From Pseudomonadota bacterium (GTDB lineage Bacteria; Desulfobacterota; Desulfobacteria; Desulfobacterales; UBA11574): a stretch of DNA of 64,000 nt. The position numbers were made by a program, and so were the translations under genes. The DNA lies in contig JBDRPF010000037.1 of assembly GCA_043827325.1 (NCBI GenBank), positions 8,887 through 72,886 on the forward strand. Direction: 5' to 3'. Positions 8,502 to 18,300 of the stretch are shown here, one piece after another (position 1 is the stretch's first letter; every line of letters begins with the position of its first letter). The notes below the pieces were generated by a model, which ran no database searches, was not told the origin of the DNA, and saw only the letters and a program-made list of their open reading frames with translations.

Positions 8502-9182
8502 TCAACAGTAAACTGTTCTGGCGCCTTCGCGATGGTCAATCATGTAAAGGATATTCGCCGTTTCTCTCAGGGTTTTTTGGAGAACCGGGAGTTTTTTCCG
8601 GTCGATCTGATAGGCCCGAATGTAGACCCTTCGGTAGCCGGCCGGAGCCATTTCATTAGACGTCAGGACGTTCACGATGCGCCCGCCGGCGTCCCTGATG
8701 ATGTCTGTGACCTCCTTGACAGTTCCCGGACGATCTTCGACCTCAAAGGCGAACTGAATTCCTTTTTTGCCGACACCGGTGAGTGAAATCATCACGCGAA
8801 AGATATCGCTCTGGGTGATGATTCCCACAATCTCACCGGTTGAATCCACCACCGGGACCCCGGAGATTTTGTGCTCCAAGAGCACCAGCGCCGTCTCTTC
8901 CACGGTGTAATCCGGGGGAACCGTTATCGGCGTTTTGGTCATGACATTTTTAATTTTTATTGTTGAAAGCAGGACCGACAGCGCATGAATTTCCTGTGAG
9001 CTTGCATCCGAGGCGGATGCCCTTTTCAAATCCCGGTCCGTAACAATCCCGACCAGTTCGCCTTTTTTCAGGACCGGCAGTATTCGGATGCTGCGGTCGT
9101 TTAACAGTTTGATGGCATGTTGCATGTAATCGTCAGCGTTTACCGTGATCACCGGCGTGCTCATCCAATTTTTGACCAGCAT
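8502..9182 (-). CDS. CBS-pair + ACT-like domain protein (paralog of 1300..1986)
   Basis: Start trimmed to the ATG at 9182 (MLVKNWMSTPVITV), which has GGAGAT upstream. It aligns along its full length with 1300..1986. Confidence 0.8.
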   Translation of the reverse strand: MLVKNWMSTPVITVNADDYMQHAIKLLNDRSIRILPVLKKGELVGIVTDRDLKRASASDASSQEIHALSVLLSTIKIKNVMTKTPITVPPDYTVEETALVLLEHKISGVPVVDSTGEIVGIITQSDIFRVMISLTGVGKKGIQFAFEVEDRPGTVKEVTDIIRDAGGRIVNVLTSNEMAPAGYRRVYIRAYQIDRKKLPVLQKTLRETANILYMIDHREGARTVYC

Positions 9183-9202
9183 GACGATCTCCTTCCGTTT
9201 TT

Positions 9203-9673
9203 TTACTCCACTACCCAGACCGTGCAGTTTTTGGCATGGCTGACAATTTTGCTGGATATGCTCCCGAACAAAAACTCCTCGCTTATCGACAGGCCATGCC
9301 TGCCGACCACAATCGTACCGCAGCCCCATCGCGCCTGTTCGGCAAGGATGCATTCGGCAATGGAGGGACGATACCGGAGGGTTGTTTTCAGGTCGACCGC
9401 ATTCGGATCAAAGCCTTCTTGAACAAGGATCCGGCGGTATTGCTCGAGCACGCCGTCGATTTCCCGTCGATACTGCCGCAGCCATATCTCCTGCTCAATT
9501 TGGGTGGAGAAGTAATCTTCTTCAGGCGGGTTGATCACGTGCAGCAGAACGACGTCAACCCCCTGGAGGCCTCGCAGCGTCTGCGAAACGTAGGATACGG
9601 CCCTTCGAGAGTTTTCGGACTCATCCACAGCGATTAGAACCTTTCTGTTGTAATCATGATTCATATTTTTCAT
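9203..9673 (-). CDS. universal stress protein (UspA family)
   Basis: Start trimmed to the ATG at 9673 (MKNMNHDYNRKVLIAVDESENS), which has AGGAG upstream. The VVGRHGLS...GSISSKIVSHAKNCTVWVV C-terminus is present. Confidence 0.8.
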   Translation of the reverse strand: MKNMNHDYNRKVLIAVDESENSRRAVSYVSQTLRGLQGVDVVLLHVINPPEEDYFSTQIEQEIWLRQYRREIDGVLEQYRRILVQEGFDPNAVDLKTTLRYRPSIAECILAEQARWGCGTIVVGRHGLSISEEFLFGSISSKIVSHAKNCTVWVVE

Positions 9674-9698
9674 CACTCCTGCTTGCTTTAACCCCGAT

Positions 9699-10694
9699 TC
9701 AACTTTCAGAAGAGATCCGGTCGTGCCCGGCGGAAGAACGGTAGCTTTCGAGATCTTCCAGCAGCTGATCCGTGGTTTCATAAAAACAGTTGGCACCCTT
9801 TGAGAAATGGAGAAGGATTCGGTTGAGGCTCTCGGGGATGTAGGGATAAATTTTTTTCAGATTGGCAATGCGATTATTGAAAACGATGTTTTTATCCCCC
9901 GCCTGGATTCGATGCAGGGCGGGATGAATTTCCCGCCGGAGGTCCGAAATGAGCACATCGCCCTTTCCCACGAGAAACATTAACACATTCCCCAGGCCAA
10001 AAAGATCGTAGCTGTAGATACCCTCCCTCTGCCGGTAATTGAAATCGTAGTCGATCCATCGGTAATTCCCGGTTTCCCGGTCGACGATGAGATGATCTCT
10101 TCTGATGTCTCCGTGCTTTTCTTCATGCGCATGCAGAAACCGGATCGCCCGGATACACTCGACGAAATTGTGCAGAATCGCCGGGAACCGCCGGTTAAAA
10201 TAGGTTTCATGATCCAACGGAATGTCTTCCACCATGGTCGAGAGCGGTTTACCGTATATAAAATCGAGCACCCGAACGATATTGCCGTTCTCGTCGGTCG
10301 CGGCGTAACCGTGCATGAAATTTCTATGGTTTTTTACGAGCCCCAGGATCCGCGCCTCTTTCCTGGGACTGCGGAAGCACTCGAAATGAATATCGCCGAT
10401 ATGGGCGGTAAATCGCTCGTGAAAAACGAGCTTGATGATTTTGCGGCTCCCGTCCTGAAGGTCGAATGCCCGTTTGACCCAGAATTTTTCTTCATCGTCG
10501 AGCCCGAAGCGGCCCTCTTTGGCATTTTGCCGGATGAGGTAGGCCTTTTCGCCAAGGACCACGACGTCGTCGTAACCCACCCGGAAGAAATCCGTCGTAT
10601 CCGTGTGAACCTCAAACGCCCCGAGGTCATGGATGTTTGGAAACCACAGCCGGATCATCCGGCAAAGGGAATCTGTGTTCGGTTTATTCTTCAT
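9699..10694 (-). CDS. atypical protein-kinase-like fold protein (unknown substrate)
   Basis: 331 aa with an HGDIRRDHLIV catalytic-loop-like motif and WIDYDF (DFG-equivalent). No canonical Gly-rich loop is seen. Confidence 0.55.
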   Translation of the reverse strand: MKNKPNTDSLCRMIRLWFPNIHDLGAFEVHTDTTDFFRVGYDDVVVLGEKAYLIRQNAKEGRFGLDDEEKFWVKRAFDLQDGSRKIIKLVFHERFTAHIGDIHFECFRSPRKEARILGLVKNHRNFMHGYAATDENGNIVRVLDFIYGKPLSTMVEDIPLDHETYFNRRFPAILHNFVECIRAIRFLHAHEEKHGDIRRDHLIVDRETGNYRWIDYDFNYRQREGIYSYDLFGLGNVLMFLVGKGDVLISDLRREIHPALHRIQAGDKNIVFNNRIANLKKIYPYIPESLNRILLHFSKGANCFYETTDQLLEDLESYRSSAGHDRISSES

Positions 10695-10753
10695 GCTCGA
10701 TACGATTTCTCCTTAAAAGCCAACATGACCTTTCCACCGAAACCAATGAAGAA

Positions 10754-10773
10754 ACACCTTTGAAGAAAGGTGT
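10754..10773. other. perfect 8-bp hairpin ACACCTTT-gaag-AAAGGTGT in the 98-nt gap after glgP
   Basis: Palindrome read directly from the sequence. It may be an attenuator or a processing site. Confidence 0.45.
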
Positions 10774-10792
10774 CTCACAGAACCTATCCTGT

Positions 10793-13342
10793 TTAGGACC
10801 AGGTGATCAAACCGGGCATAAATTTCAGGCAATCGTCACCCTCGGGTATCGCCCTGACCGTAAACCCGTAGCGACCGGCCAGCCGGCAGGGAACCTGGCA
10901 CGCGTACCGATAATTTCCCCTGCCGAGATTTTCCCTTACGGCCATGGGGGTCGTGTTGATACCTTGCAGCGCATCCACCGATTTCATGTGCCCGTTGTAG
11001 AGTTCCACGCAAACCTCTTCCGGATTCAATTCTCCCAAACTGACCTCGACCGTGACTTCGAAGAATTCGCCGACCCGGAACGGCCCCTTGGCGGTCTGCA
11101 CCGGAAGCCCGATTTGGATCTGTTTCCACAGATTGCACAGCCGCTTTTCCCGGACCGCCAGACCGCGGGCTTCCCGGATGTTTTTTTTCAGCAATGATTC
11201 CAACCGGTGGACAATGGGAACATAAAATCGCTGCTCATATTCACCCACCATGCGAAGGCTGCAGAAATCCTTCATGGCCGTTTTCATCGAGGCCTTCATC
11301 ATTTGAATCCATTGTCTGGGAAGCTCGCCTTCCTGCTCCTCATAAAACCTTGGAATAACTTCATTTTCCAGGACATTATACAAGGCTTGGCTCTCGGTGG
11401 CGTCCTGGTAGGCGTGATCGGCATATTCTTCGCCGCCGCCGATCCGCCATCCGATTTGTTCGGAATAGCCTTCACACCACCACCCGTCCAGAATACTGAC
11501 GTTGAGAACACCGTTTATGGCGGCTTTCATTCCGGAGGTTCCGCAGGCTTCGTTGGGTCTGCGAGGCGTGTTGAGCCAGATGTCGGCGCCCTGAACGAGA
11601 CACCGTGCCAGCGCCATGTCATAACTCTCGATATATACGGCATGCTGACGAATTTCCGGACGCCGGATAAATTCAATCAGGCGTTTGATGATTTCTTTGC
11701 CTTTGTTGTCCCGGGGATGGGCCAGCCCGGCGAAAATGATCTGCACGGGGCGGGTTTCGTTGTTGAGAAGGGCAGACAGCCGCTCAGGGTCCTGAAGCAA
11801 AAGATGGGCGCGCTTGTATTCGGCAAACCTGCGCGCAAAGGCAATCGTCAGCACTTCAGGATCCAGAAGCGTTTGAATCCTGTCGATGGTGCTTTTGGGG
11901 GCGTTTCGCCGTTCGTATTGATTTTTGATGAGGTCACGGCAGGTGCGGATCAATCGCGTTCGGGCCATCTCATGGGCTCGCCAGAGCTCATCTTCGTAAA
12001 TCTCATCAATGCGGTCGATGTTCTCCGGCCGTCGGGAACTCATGTACCACTCCGGACCCAGATAGCGTTCAAACAGCGGCCAAATTTCCTGAGATATAAA
12101 CGTGGAGACATGAATCCCGTTGGTCACGTGCGAGATCGGGATCTCGTCTTCCGGACGCCCCGGCCAGATATGCGCCCACATTTTCCTGGCGGTGCGGCCG
12201 TGGAGCTGGCTGACACCGTTGCGATACTGAGACATTCTCAACCCCAGAATGGACATGGAAAACGGCACGTCTTTATCGAAACCCGCGGGCTGGCCCCAGG
12301 ACAAAATTTCTTCTTCTGTGGCCTTCAGGCGATCCTGCAGGGGTCGGATCCATGGTTTGACCAGATCAACGGGAAAGGAATCATGCCCGGCAGCGACCGG
12401 GGTGTGGGTGGTGAACACCGTGCAGCGGGGAATAATTTGCAATGCGGTCTTCAGGTCGATGTGATAACGCTCCATGAATATGGCAAGGCGTTCCAGGGTG
12501 GAAAATGCCGAATGTCCTTCGTTCATATGGCAGACGGCGGGAAAGATGTTCATGGCGGACAAGGCCCGCATTCCGCCGATGCCCAGCAGTACCTCCTGCG
12601 CCAGGCGAATTTTGGGCTCACCGGCGTAAAGACGTGCCGTAATTTCCCGTGCTTCCGGGGTGTTCTCCGGCAGGTTGGTGTCCAGCAAAAACAGTGGGGT
12701 GCGGCCTATCCGGATTATCCAGACAAACGCGTAAATCCTGCCTTCGGGACCGTCAACCGAAATCGTGATTTCGTTGCCCAGAGAATCCCTGGCGCGCTCC
12801 AGAGGAAGATAATTAAATTCGATTTCCGGATATTCTTCCTGCTGCCAGCCGTCCTGGTCGAGATACTGGCGGAAATAGCCCTTGCGGTACAGCAATCCGA
12901 CCCCGACGAGGGGCAGGGACATGTTGGAAGCGGCTTTCAGGTAATCTCCGGCAAGGACGCCGAGTCCGCCGGCGAAAATGGGAATGCTTTCGTGGATGCC
13001 GAATTCCATCGAGAAATAGGCTGCCGGTCCAATTTCTTCGTAAATATTTCGTGCCTCTTCCACATTTTCAACAACCCGATCCGTGTAGCGGTCCTTTACC
13101 CGCTGGAGGTGGGCCAAAAAGCTGTCATCCCGGGCCAATTGCTCCAGGCGCTCCTGGCTGACATTGGACAACAGGTAAATCGGGTTGCCCCTGCACTCCT
13201 TCCAGATTTGAGGATCAACCCGCCGAAACAGGGTTACCGCGTCCTGTTTCCAGCACCACCACAGGTTTCGGGAGAGCACCTCCAAAAATGACAGCGCGTC
13301 CGGTATGCCCGGGTAAATTTGGTACGTTAGAATATGTTTCAC
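10793..13342 (-). CDS. glgP: alpha-glucan phosphorylase (GT35, archaeal/maltodextrin-type with N-terminal DUF3417-like region)
   Basis: 849 aa with GGLGVLAGD and EACGTSGMKAAINGV (PLP-Lys region). GTG start with an AAGGAA RBS. Confidence 0.85.
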   Translation of the reverse strand: MKHILTYQIYPGIPDALSFLEVLSRNLWWCWKQDAVTLFRRVDPQIWKECRGNPIYLLSNVSQERLEQLARDDSFLAHLQRVKDRYTDRVVENVEEARNIYEEIGPAAYFSMEFGIHESIPIFAGGLGVLAGDYLKAASNMSLPLVGVGLLYRKGYFRQYLDQDGWQQEEYPEIEFNYLPLERARDSLGNEITISVDGPEGRIYAFVWIIRIGRTPLFLLDTNLPENTPEAREITARLYAGEPKIRLAQEVLLGIGGMRALSAMNIFPAVCHMNEGHSAFSTLERLAIFMERYHIDLKTALQIIPRCTVFTTHTPVAAGHDSFPVDLVKPWIRPLQDRLKATEEEILSWGQPAGFDKDVPFSMSILGLRMSQYRNGVSQLHGRTARKMWAHIWPGRPEDEIPISHVTNGIHVSTFISQEIWPLFERYLGPEWYMSSRRPENIDRIDEIYEDELWRAHEMARTRLIRTCRDLIKNQYERRNAPKSTIDRIQTLLDPEVLTIAFARRFAEYKRAHLLLQDPERLSALLNNETRPVQIIFAGLAHPRDNKGKEIIKRLIEFIRRPEIRQHAVYIESYDMALARCLVQGADIWLNTPRRPNEACGTSGMKAAINGVLNVSILDGWWCEGYSEQIGWRIGGGEEYADHAYQDATESQALYNVLENEVIPRFYEEQEGELPRQWIQMMKASMKTAMKDFCSLRMVGEYEQRFYVPIVHRLESLLKKNIREARGLAVREKRLCNLWKQIQIGLPVQTAKGPFRVGEFFEVTVEVSLGELNPEEVCVELYNGHMKSVDALQGINTTPMAVRENLGRGNYRYACQVPCRLAGRYGFTVRAIPEGDDCLKFMPGLITWS

Positions 13343-13358
13343 GGTCGGGTTCCTTTAC

Positions 13359-14309
13359 TTAAAAATAAGATTTCAAAGGGGTGTTCAACGCCTTTTTCAT
13401 GCGGACCTGCTGTTCATCCTTTCTTTTTCGGGCACCATTCAGTTTGGACTTCAGGTCTTTAAGTTCGGTGGGTTTCAAAAGGTAATCATAGGCCCCGAGC
13501 CGCATCGCCCGGACCGCTGTGTCAACTGAGGCATGGGCGGTCAGGACGATCACTTCAACCAGAGGAAATCTCTCTTTTATGTTTCTTAAGGTTTTGATTC
13601 CATCCATTCCCGGCATTGTCAAATCCAGAAAAACGACGTCGACCTCTACACGGTCCAATATTTCCAAGCATTCCTTTCCGCTGTAGGCGGAAGAAACATC
13701 ATCCCCGGCATTTTCCAGCCTCGCGGCCAGCATTTCCACAAAATCTTTTTCATCATCGACGATCAGCACCCGTGCGGGTGTCTTCACCAACTCCGCCCCG
13801 GGCGCTTTTTCGTCGCTCTTTGCATTTTCAGGGACGTTAACAGCGGGCAGGGATGTGTTTGTTTTTTCGTGCTTTTCCGCCACAAGGTTCTCAATCCGCG
13901 CCTTTTCAACACGTTTTACCTGTTCGCGCTTCCTGCGCGCGGCAGCTTCCAGTTTAGAGACGAGTTCATCATAGTCCGTTGGCTTTAAAAGAAAATCAAA
14001 GGCACCTATCTGCATGGCCTCGATAGCGTCCTGTGCATTTCCGTGGCCGGTTAACATGATCACCTCGATCAGGGGGTGGTTCTTTTTAATTTTTTTCAAT
14101 GTTTCGATTCCGTTTATCCCGGGCATCCAGACATCCAGAATGATCACATCAACATCGTCTTCTGCTAACACTGCAAGCAGTTCGAGGCATTCATTGCCGC
14201 CGGGGACCCCGGTAACCGATATCCCCCCTTCTCTGAGGATCAGGGAAAGCATTTCGACAAAATCATGCTCGTCATCGACGATCAGCACCCGGGTCGGAAT
14301 TTGGGCCAT
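13359..14309 (-). CDS. tandem-receiver protein (REC - coiled-coil linker - REC), no output domain
   Basis: 316 aa with two RVLIVDDE...D...MPG..G...K receiver signatures. Confidence 0.85.
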   Translation of the reverse strand: MAQIPTRVLIVDDEHDFVEMLSLILREGGISVTGVPGGNECLELLAVLAEDDVDVIILDVWMPGINGIETLKKIKKNHPLIEVIMLTGHGNAQDAIEAMQIGAFDFLLKPTDYDELVSKLEAAARRKREQVKRVEKARIENLVAEKHEKTNTSLPAVNVPENAKSDEKAPGAELVKTPARVLIVDDEKDFVEMLAARLENAGDDVSSAYSGKECLEILDRVEVDVVFLDLTMPGMDGIKTLRNIKERFPLVEVIVLTAHASVDTAVRAMRLGAYDYLLKPTELKDLKSKLNGARKRKDEQQVRMKKALNTPLKSYF

Positions 14310-15504
14310 GGGTTCTTTCTCCTTTTAATTTGTTGAGAAAATCGGACAAACGATCTTCTTTATATAATTCGTTTTTAACTTCCGAGTGCATCGGGAGCCT
14401 GACGCAAAAAACCGAGCCCTGTCCGAGCTGACTCTCCACTTCGATATTTCCTCCGAGCCGCTCAACGATACCCCGGGTAACATACAGCCCCAGACCGGTA
14501 CCCTGACCGGGGCTTTTGGTGCTGAAGAAAGGTTCAAATATCTTTTCGAAGTTTTCTTTGGGGATCCCTTCACCGGTATCCCGAATGCGGATGACAACCC
14601 TGCCGTCTTCATCTTGCAGCGCGATGCCGATCTTTCCGCCCGGCACACTGGCATGAATCGCATTGTTCAAAAGATTGATGAAAACTTGGCTGAGCTGATA
14701 CGGATCGCTCCAGATGGGTTTTAAGGACGCACTAAATTCCAGATCAATTTTGATGTCTTTGTTGGCCGCCTCCCTGTTGACCAGCAGCAAGGCTTCTTTG
14801 CTCAATTGAACCAGGTTCACTTCGGATAAGACAGACTCGGGTTTTTTTACAAACCCCAAAAGCTGGTGTGTAATTCTCCTGGCCCGGTCAATGCTTTTTG
14901 TGATTTTTTCAAGAGCCATTTCAAAATCCGTTTTTCGGGGCATGCGGGCCAGCTCTTCCCTTTTCAGGAGGAGCTTCATCCATCCGGCCGATTCATTGAT
15001 GATGGCCAGCGGGTTGTTGATTTCATGTGCCATGCCGGTTGCCAGGGTTCCAAGAGAGGCCAGTTTTTCAGCGGCGATCATCTGCTGCTCGATGTTGTTT
15101 CTAAATTCGGCTTCTTTTTGCTGTTCGCAACGCCGGCGTATCTTTTCATGGGCCTGCTTGATTTTACCGGTCAGATGTTCGAGTTCTATGGGTTTGGCAA
15201 GATAGTCAAAGGCCCCTGCCTTGATGCCTTCAACCCCATCCTGGGTCGTGGCCTGACCGGTCAGAAGAATAACCTCGGTTTCGGGGTAATGATGTTTAAT
15301 CTGAACGAGCGTTTCAATGCCGTTCATCCCCGGCATTTTAACGTCCAGCACGACCACATCCATCGGTGATTTTTCGAGAATCGACAGACATTCTTCCCCG
15401 CTTGCCGCCTCTTCAGGCGGCAGTCCCCTTTTCGTAAGACGGTTCACCAGGGGCCGCCTGAAATCGGCTTCGTCATCAACAACAAGAAGACGAATCTTTT
15501 CCAT
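14272..15504 (-). CDS. hybrid REC-histidine kinase (REC + HisKA + HATPase)
   Basis: 410 aa with an N-terminal receiver, the MAHEINNPL H-box and DTGEGI / GTGLGL boxes. It overlaps the next gene by 38 nt. Confidence 0.85.
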   Translation of the reverse strand: MEKIRLLVVDDEADFRRPLVNRLTKRGLPPEEAASGEECLSILEKSPMDVVVLDVKMPGMNGIETLVQIKHHYPETEVILLTGQATTQDGVEGIKAGAFDYLAKPIELEHLTGKIKQAHEKIRRRCEQQKEAEFRNNIEQQMIAAEKLASLGTLATGMAHEINNPLAIINESAGWMKLLLKREELARMPRKTDFEMALEKITKSIDRARRITHQLLGFVKKPESVLSEVNLVQLSKEALLLVNREAANKDIKIDLEFSASLKPIWSDPYQLSQVFINLLNNAIHASVPGGKIGIALQDEDGRVVIRIRDTGEGIPKENFEKIFEPFFSTKSPGQGTGLGLYVTRGIVERLGGNIEVESQLGQGSVFCVRLPMHSEVKNELYKEDRLSDFLNKLKGERTHGPNSDPGADRR

Positions 15505-15978
15505 TCAAGTCCTGTTCCGCTGTTGATAGGCATCCCTTATTTTGGTCAACAGCTCTTTAAAATCGCACGGTTTGGTGAGATAGTCGAAAGCGCCGCATTG
15601 AATGCCTTGCTTGGCAGCCTCCTCGGAACCATGTCCGGTGAGCATGATGACGACAATTTGGGGGTCCATTTTTTTAAATATTTTCAACACCTCAATCCCA
15701 TCCATGTCTTCCATCTTGAGGTCGATAACCGCCAGGTCAAATTCCTTCTTGCGGAGCGCCTGAATAGCCTCCGAGCCGCTGTAGGCCTTGGTCACCTGGA
15801 TATTCCTTTTGGACATCCGTTTCGCGATCACGTCCGCAAACCCTTTTTCATCATCGACAAGGATAAGCCTGATGGAATCCGATTTCGAAACCGGGCCGTT
15901 GACCGGCACACGTGCATCTGTTCGCTCGCCGTTACCGGCGGGATCCGGGTTCGTAGGTGTTCTTTTTTTGTCCGCCAT
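15505..15978 (-). CDS. single-domain response regulator (CheY-like) with a basic N-terminal tail
   Basis: 157 aa, RLILVDDE...DLKMEDMDG...K. Confidence 0.85.
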   Translation of the reverse strand: MADKKRTPTNPDPAGNGERTDARVPVNGPVSKSDSIRLILVDDEKGFADVIAKRMSKRNIQVTKAYSGSEAIQALRKKEFDLAVIDLKMEDMDGIEVLKIFKKMDPQIVVIMLTGHGSEEAAKQGIQCGAFDYLTKPCDFKELLTKIRDAYQQRNRT

Positions 15979-15986
15979 GAAAAATC

Positions 15987-16418
15987 CTAAACCATCCGGG
16001 AAGTAATTTCCCTCGTCCGAGCCTGAATGATCTTGTCTTCGTGAAGCCTTTTCTTGGTCGCGGCTTCCGTCACCTTGGAAGTCAGCTGTTCCATGTCACA
16101 GGGCTTCATGAGATAATCAAAGGCACCCTCTTTCATTCCTTCGATGGCGGACTCCACCGTGGCGTGACCGGTAAGCATGACGACTTCCACCAGGGGATGC
16201 CGCATTTTCATTTCTTTAAGGGCTTCTATCCCATCCATTCCCGGCATTTTGACATCGAGAATGACGACCTCGATATCGTTCTGTTCTTTAAGGCGATCCA
16301 GGCCTTCCTCTCCGCTGAACGCAGTCACAACGTTCATTTTTCTTTTGGTCAAGCGCTTGGTCATCGTTTCCACGAAAGGGACCTCGTCATCCACCAGAAG
16401 TATTTTTGCAATCGTCAT
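15987..16418 (-). CDS. single-domain response regulator (CheY-like)
   Basis: 143 aa, KILLVDDE...DVKMPGMDG...KP. AAGGAG RBS. Confidence 0.9.
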   Translation of the reverse strand: MTIAKILLVDDEVPFVETMTKRLTKRKMNVVTAFSGEEGLDRLKEQNDIEVVILDVKMPGMDGIEALKEMKMRHPLVEVVMLTGHATVESAIEGMKEGAFDYLMKPCDMEQLTSKVTEAATKKRLHEDKIIQARTREITSRMV

Positions 16419-16440
16419 GTTCAGTTCTCCTTTATTTAAT

Positions 16441-18141
16441 TTAATCTGTCTTATGTTTTGGAATGGGAATTTGAATGCTGAATGTCGTCCCCAGGCCGAT
16501 AACGCTTTTCACATTAATTTCCCCGCCCATTTTTTTTATGATGCCGTAACAGATGGACAGTCCCAATCCCGTCCCCTTGCCAACCGGTTTTGTGGTAAAA
16601 AACGGGTCAAAGATTCTGGAAAGATAATCCCTGTGAATGCCGGGACCATTGTCACCCAGATCAATTACAATGTTTTCATCTTCCGCCCGACTGGCGATGG
16701 TGATGACGCCGCCGCCCCTGCTGTCCATGGCGTCCAGGGAGTTGTTGATAAGATTCAGAAAAACCTGCTGCATTTCTGTTTGAGACGCCTCAATAAACGG
16801 CAAATCGTTTTCAAGTTGTTTAGTGATCGAAACCTTGCTGTATTTTGCCCGCTGTTCTGAAAGGCCGACCACATCTTCTATCAGTTCGTTTATTTGAACG
16901 ATCTGGACCCGTGAGTCTGTTTTTCTTGCAAAACTCAGCAGCTTATGAGTGATTTCCTTACAGCGTTTTCCCTGCACGTTAATCTGTCTCAGCGCCCGTT
17001 GGAATTCGTTGAGATTTTCACTTTCTGTGAAATCCTCTTCCTCCAGGAGGTCCTGTATCCACCCGGCCTCTTCAACCATTATGGCAACCGGATTGTTGAT
17101 CTCATGTGCAATGCCTGCCGCCAGTTCACCGACAGATGCCAGCTTGCCGCTTTCGATGACCTGTTGATTGAGCATCTCTTTTTCGCGGTCCGCTTTGGCG
17201 ATTCGATCGACCATTCTCCGGGACAATACAAAAGCCATTGTAATGATGCTGATGCCGCCGATTAAAAAGATTATGACCGCAACATTCTGTGCGCGTCTCA
17301 GGTCCGAAAAGGCATCGGCCGCATTCTGCTTATATACCAGGAGCCACTCGCCGTTCTTGAGAAAAGCGGACACATAGATGTTTTTGATCCCGGAGGCATC
17401 CGGGCCTTCGGAAATGTGGATTTCTTCATCCTTTTCCTCGCCGATTTTCATAAAATTCATGAATGTCTCTTTGCCCGGAATAATGTCGCGAGTCGGGTCG
17501 GTCTGGAATTCCCCCTTTTTGTTCACAATAAATGCAAATCCGGTTTTGCCGATGCGAATATTTCTCACCAGGTTGTTAAAGGAGACAAAATCGATGGTTG
17601 ACCTCAGTATCCAGGGTCTTCCCTGGTAGGTGTTTTTTACCGCGACAATAAAATGAGGTCGGCCGCGAAGTCCCAAAAACACATCGCTGATAAAGTGCTG
17701 GCGGTCGATGGCCTGCTTAAACCAGTCCGCTTCCGAATATTGAGCGTTTGCCAGTTGAAACGGTCCGGCATAGGCGACCTGGAATCCCTGGTCATTGACG
17801 ACGCCGAGGTCTTCAAAAACCGAACCATATCCCTGCTGAAGCAAGGCCAGTCTGTTTTTCAGGAAGGATTCGGAACTCAGCGCTTCAAAATCCGACGTTT
17901 CAGCGAGGAATCGAATGTCACTCAGTTTTTCATTTAAAAATGTGTTGATGTTCTGCCTGTGCTTTTTGATCAGCACTCTCAGGTGATCGTGCACCTTTTC
18001 ATGGTATGATGTTCGGAACTGATTGAGGATAGTGCCGCCGACCAGAATCATGGGCGCAAAGGAAACAATGATGACCGTGAGGATCATTTTTTGGGTCAAC
18101 GATGTGTAGTATGTGCCGTTTTGAGCTTTATTTTTATCCAT
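16441..18141 (-). CDS. membrane sensor histidine kinase (Cache-like periplasmic domain + HisKA + HATPase)
   Basis: 566 aa with two TM segments, the IAHEINNPV H-box and DNGPGI / GTGLGL. It is a paralog of 32341..34041 and 45585..47315. Confidence 0.85.
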   Translation of the reverse strand: MDKNKAQNGTYYTSLTQKMILTVIIVSFAPMILVGGTILNQFRTSYHEKVHDHLRVLIKKHRQNINTFLNEKLSDIRFLAETSDFEALSSESFLKNRLALLQQGYGSVFEDLGVVNDQGFQVAYAGPFQLANAQYSEADWFKQAIDRQHFISDVFLGLRGRPHFIVAVKNTYQGRPWILRSTIDFVSFNNLVRNIRIGKTGFAFIVNKKGEFQTDPTRDIIPGKETFMNFMKIGEEKDEEIHISEGPDASGIKNIYVSAFLKNGEWLLVYKQNAADAFSDLRRAQNVAVIIFLIGGISIITMAFVLSRRMVDRIAKADREKEMLNQQVIESGKLASVGELAAGIAHEINNPVAIMVEEAGWIQDLLEEEDFTESENLNEFQRALRQINVQGKRCKEITHKLLSFARKTDSRVQIVQINELIEDVVGLSEQRAKYSKVSITKQLENDLPFIEASQTEMQQVFLNLINNSLDAMDSRGGGVITIASRAEDENIVIDLGDNGPGIHRDYLSRIFDPFFTTKPVGKGTGLGLSICYGIIKKMGGEINVKSVIGLGTTFSIQIPIPKHKTD

Positions 18142-18189
18142 AACATTACCCGATTAAATGAAAAACTTCAGATGTGCATCCTCAGTTAC

Positions 18190-18204
18190 GCAAAAGATAT
18201 GCCA
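18190..18204 (-). promoter_or_regulatory. sigma54 -24/-12 promoter (TGGCAT-ATCTT-TTGC)
   Basis: 49 nt upstream of the kinase ATG. The UAS lies 116 bp upstream. Confidence 0.7.
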
Positions 18205-18300
18205 CAACAGAAGGAAAAGGGAGAGAGCGAATAACCGACTGATACTTATATAAGTATCGAGTGCCCGACAAACGGTTCTCGCCGGGCGGGGCCGGTGCTG

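Noticed and set aside
11207-13291. 694-aa plus-strand ORF antisense to glgP
   Set aside because: It is a shadow ORF of a well-supported minus-strand gene. The translation is Gly/Arg/Pro-rich with no recognisable motif and has no RBS.
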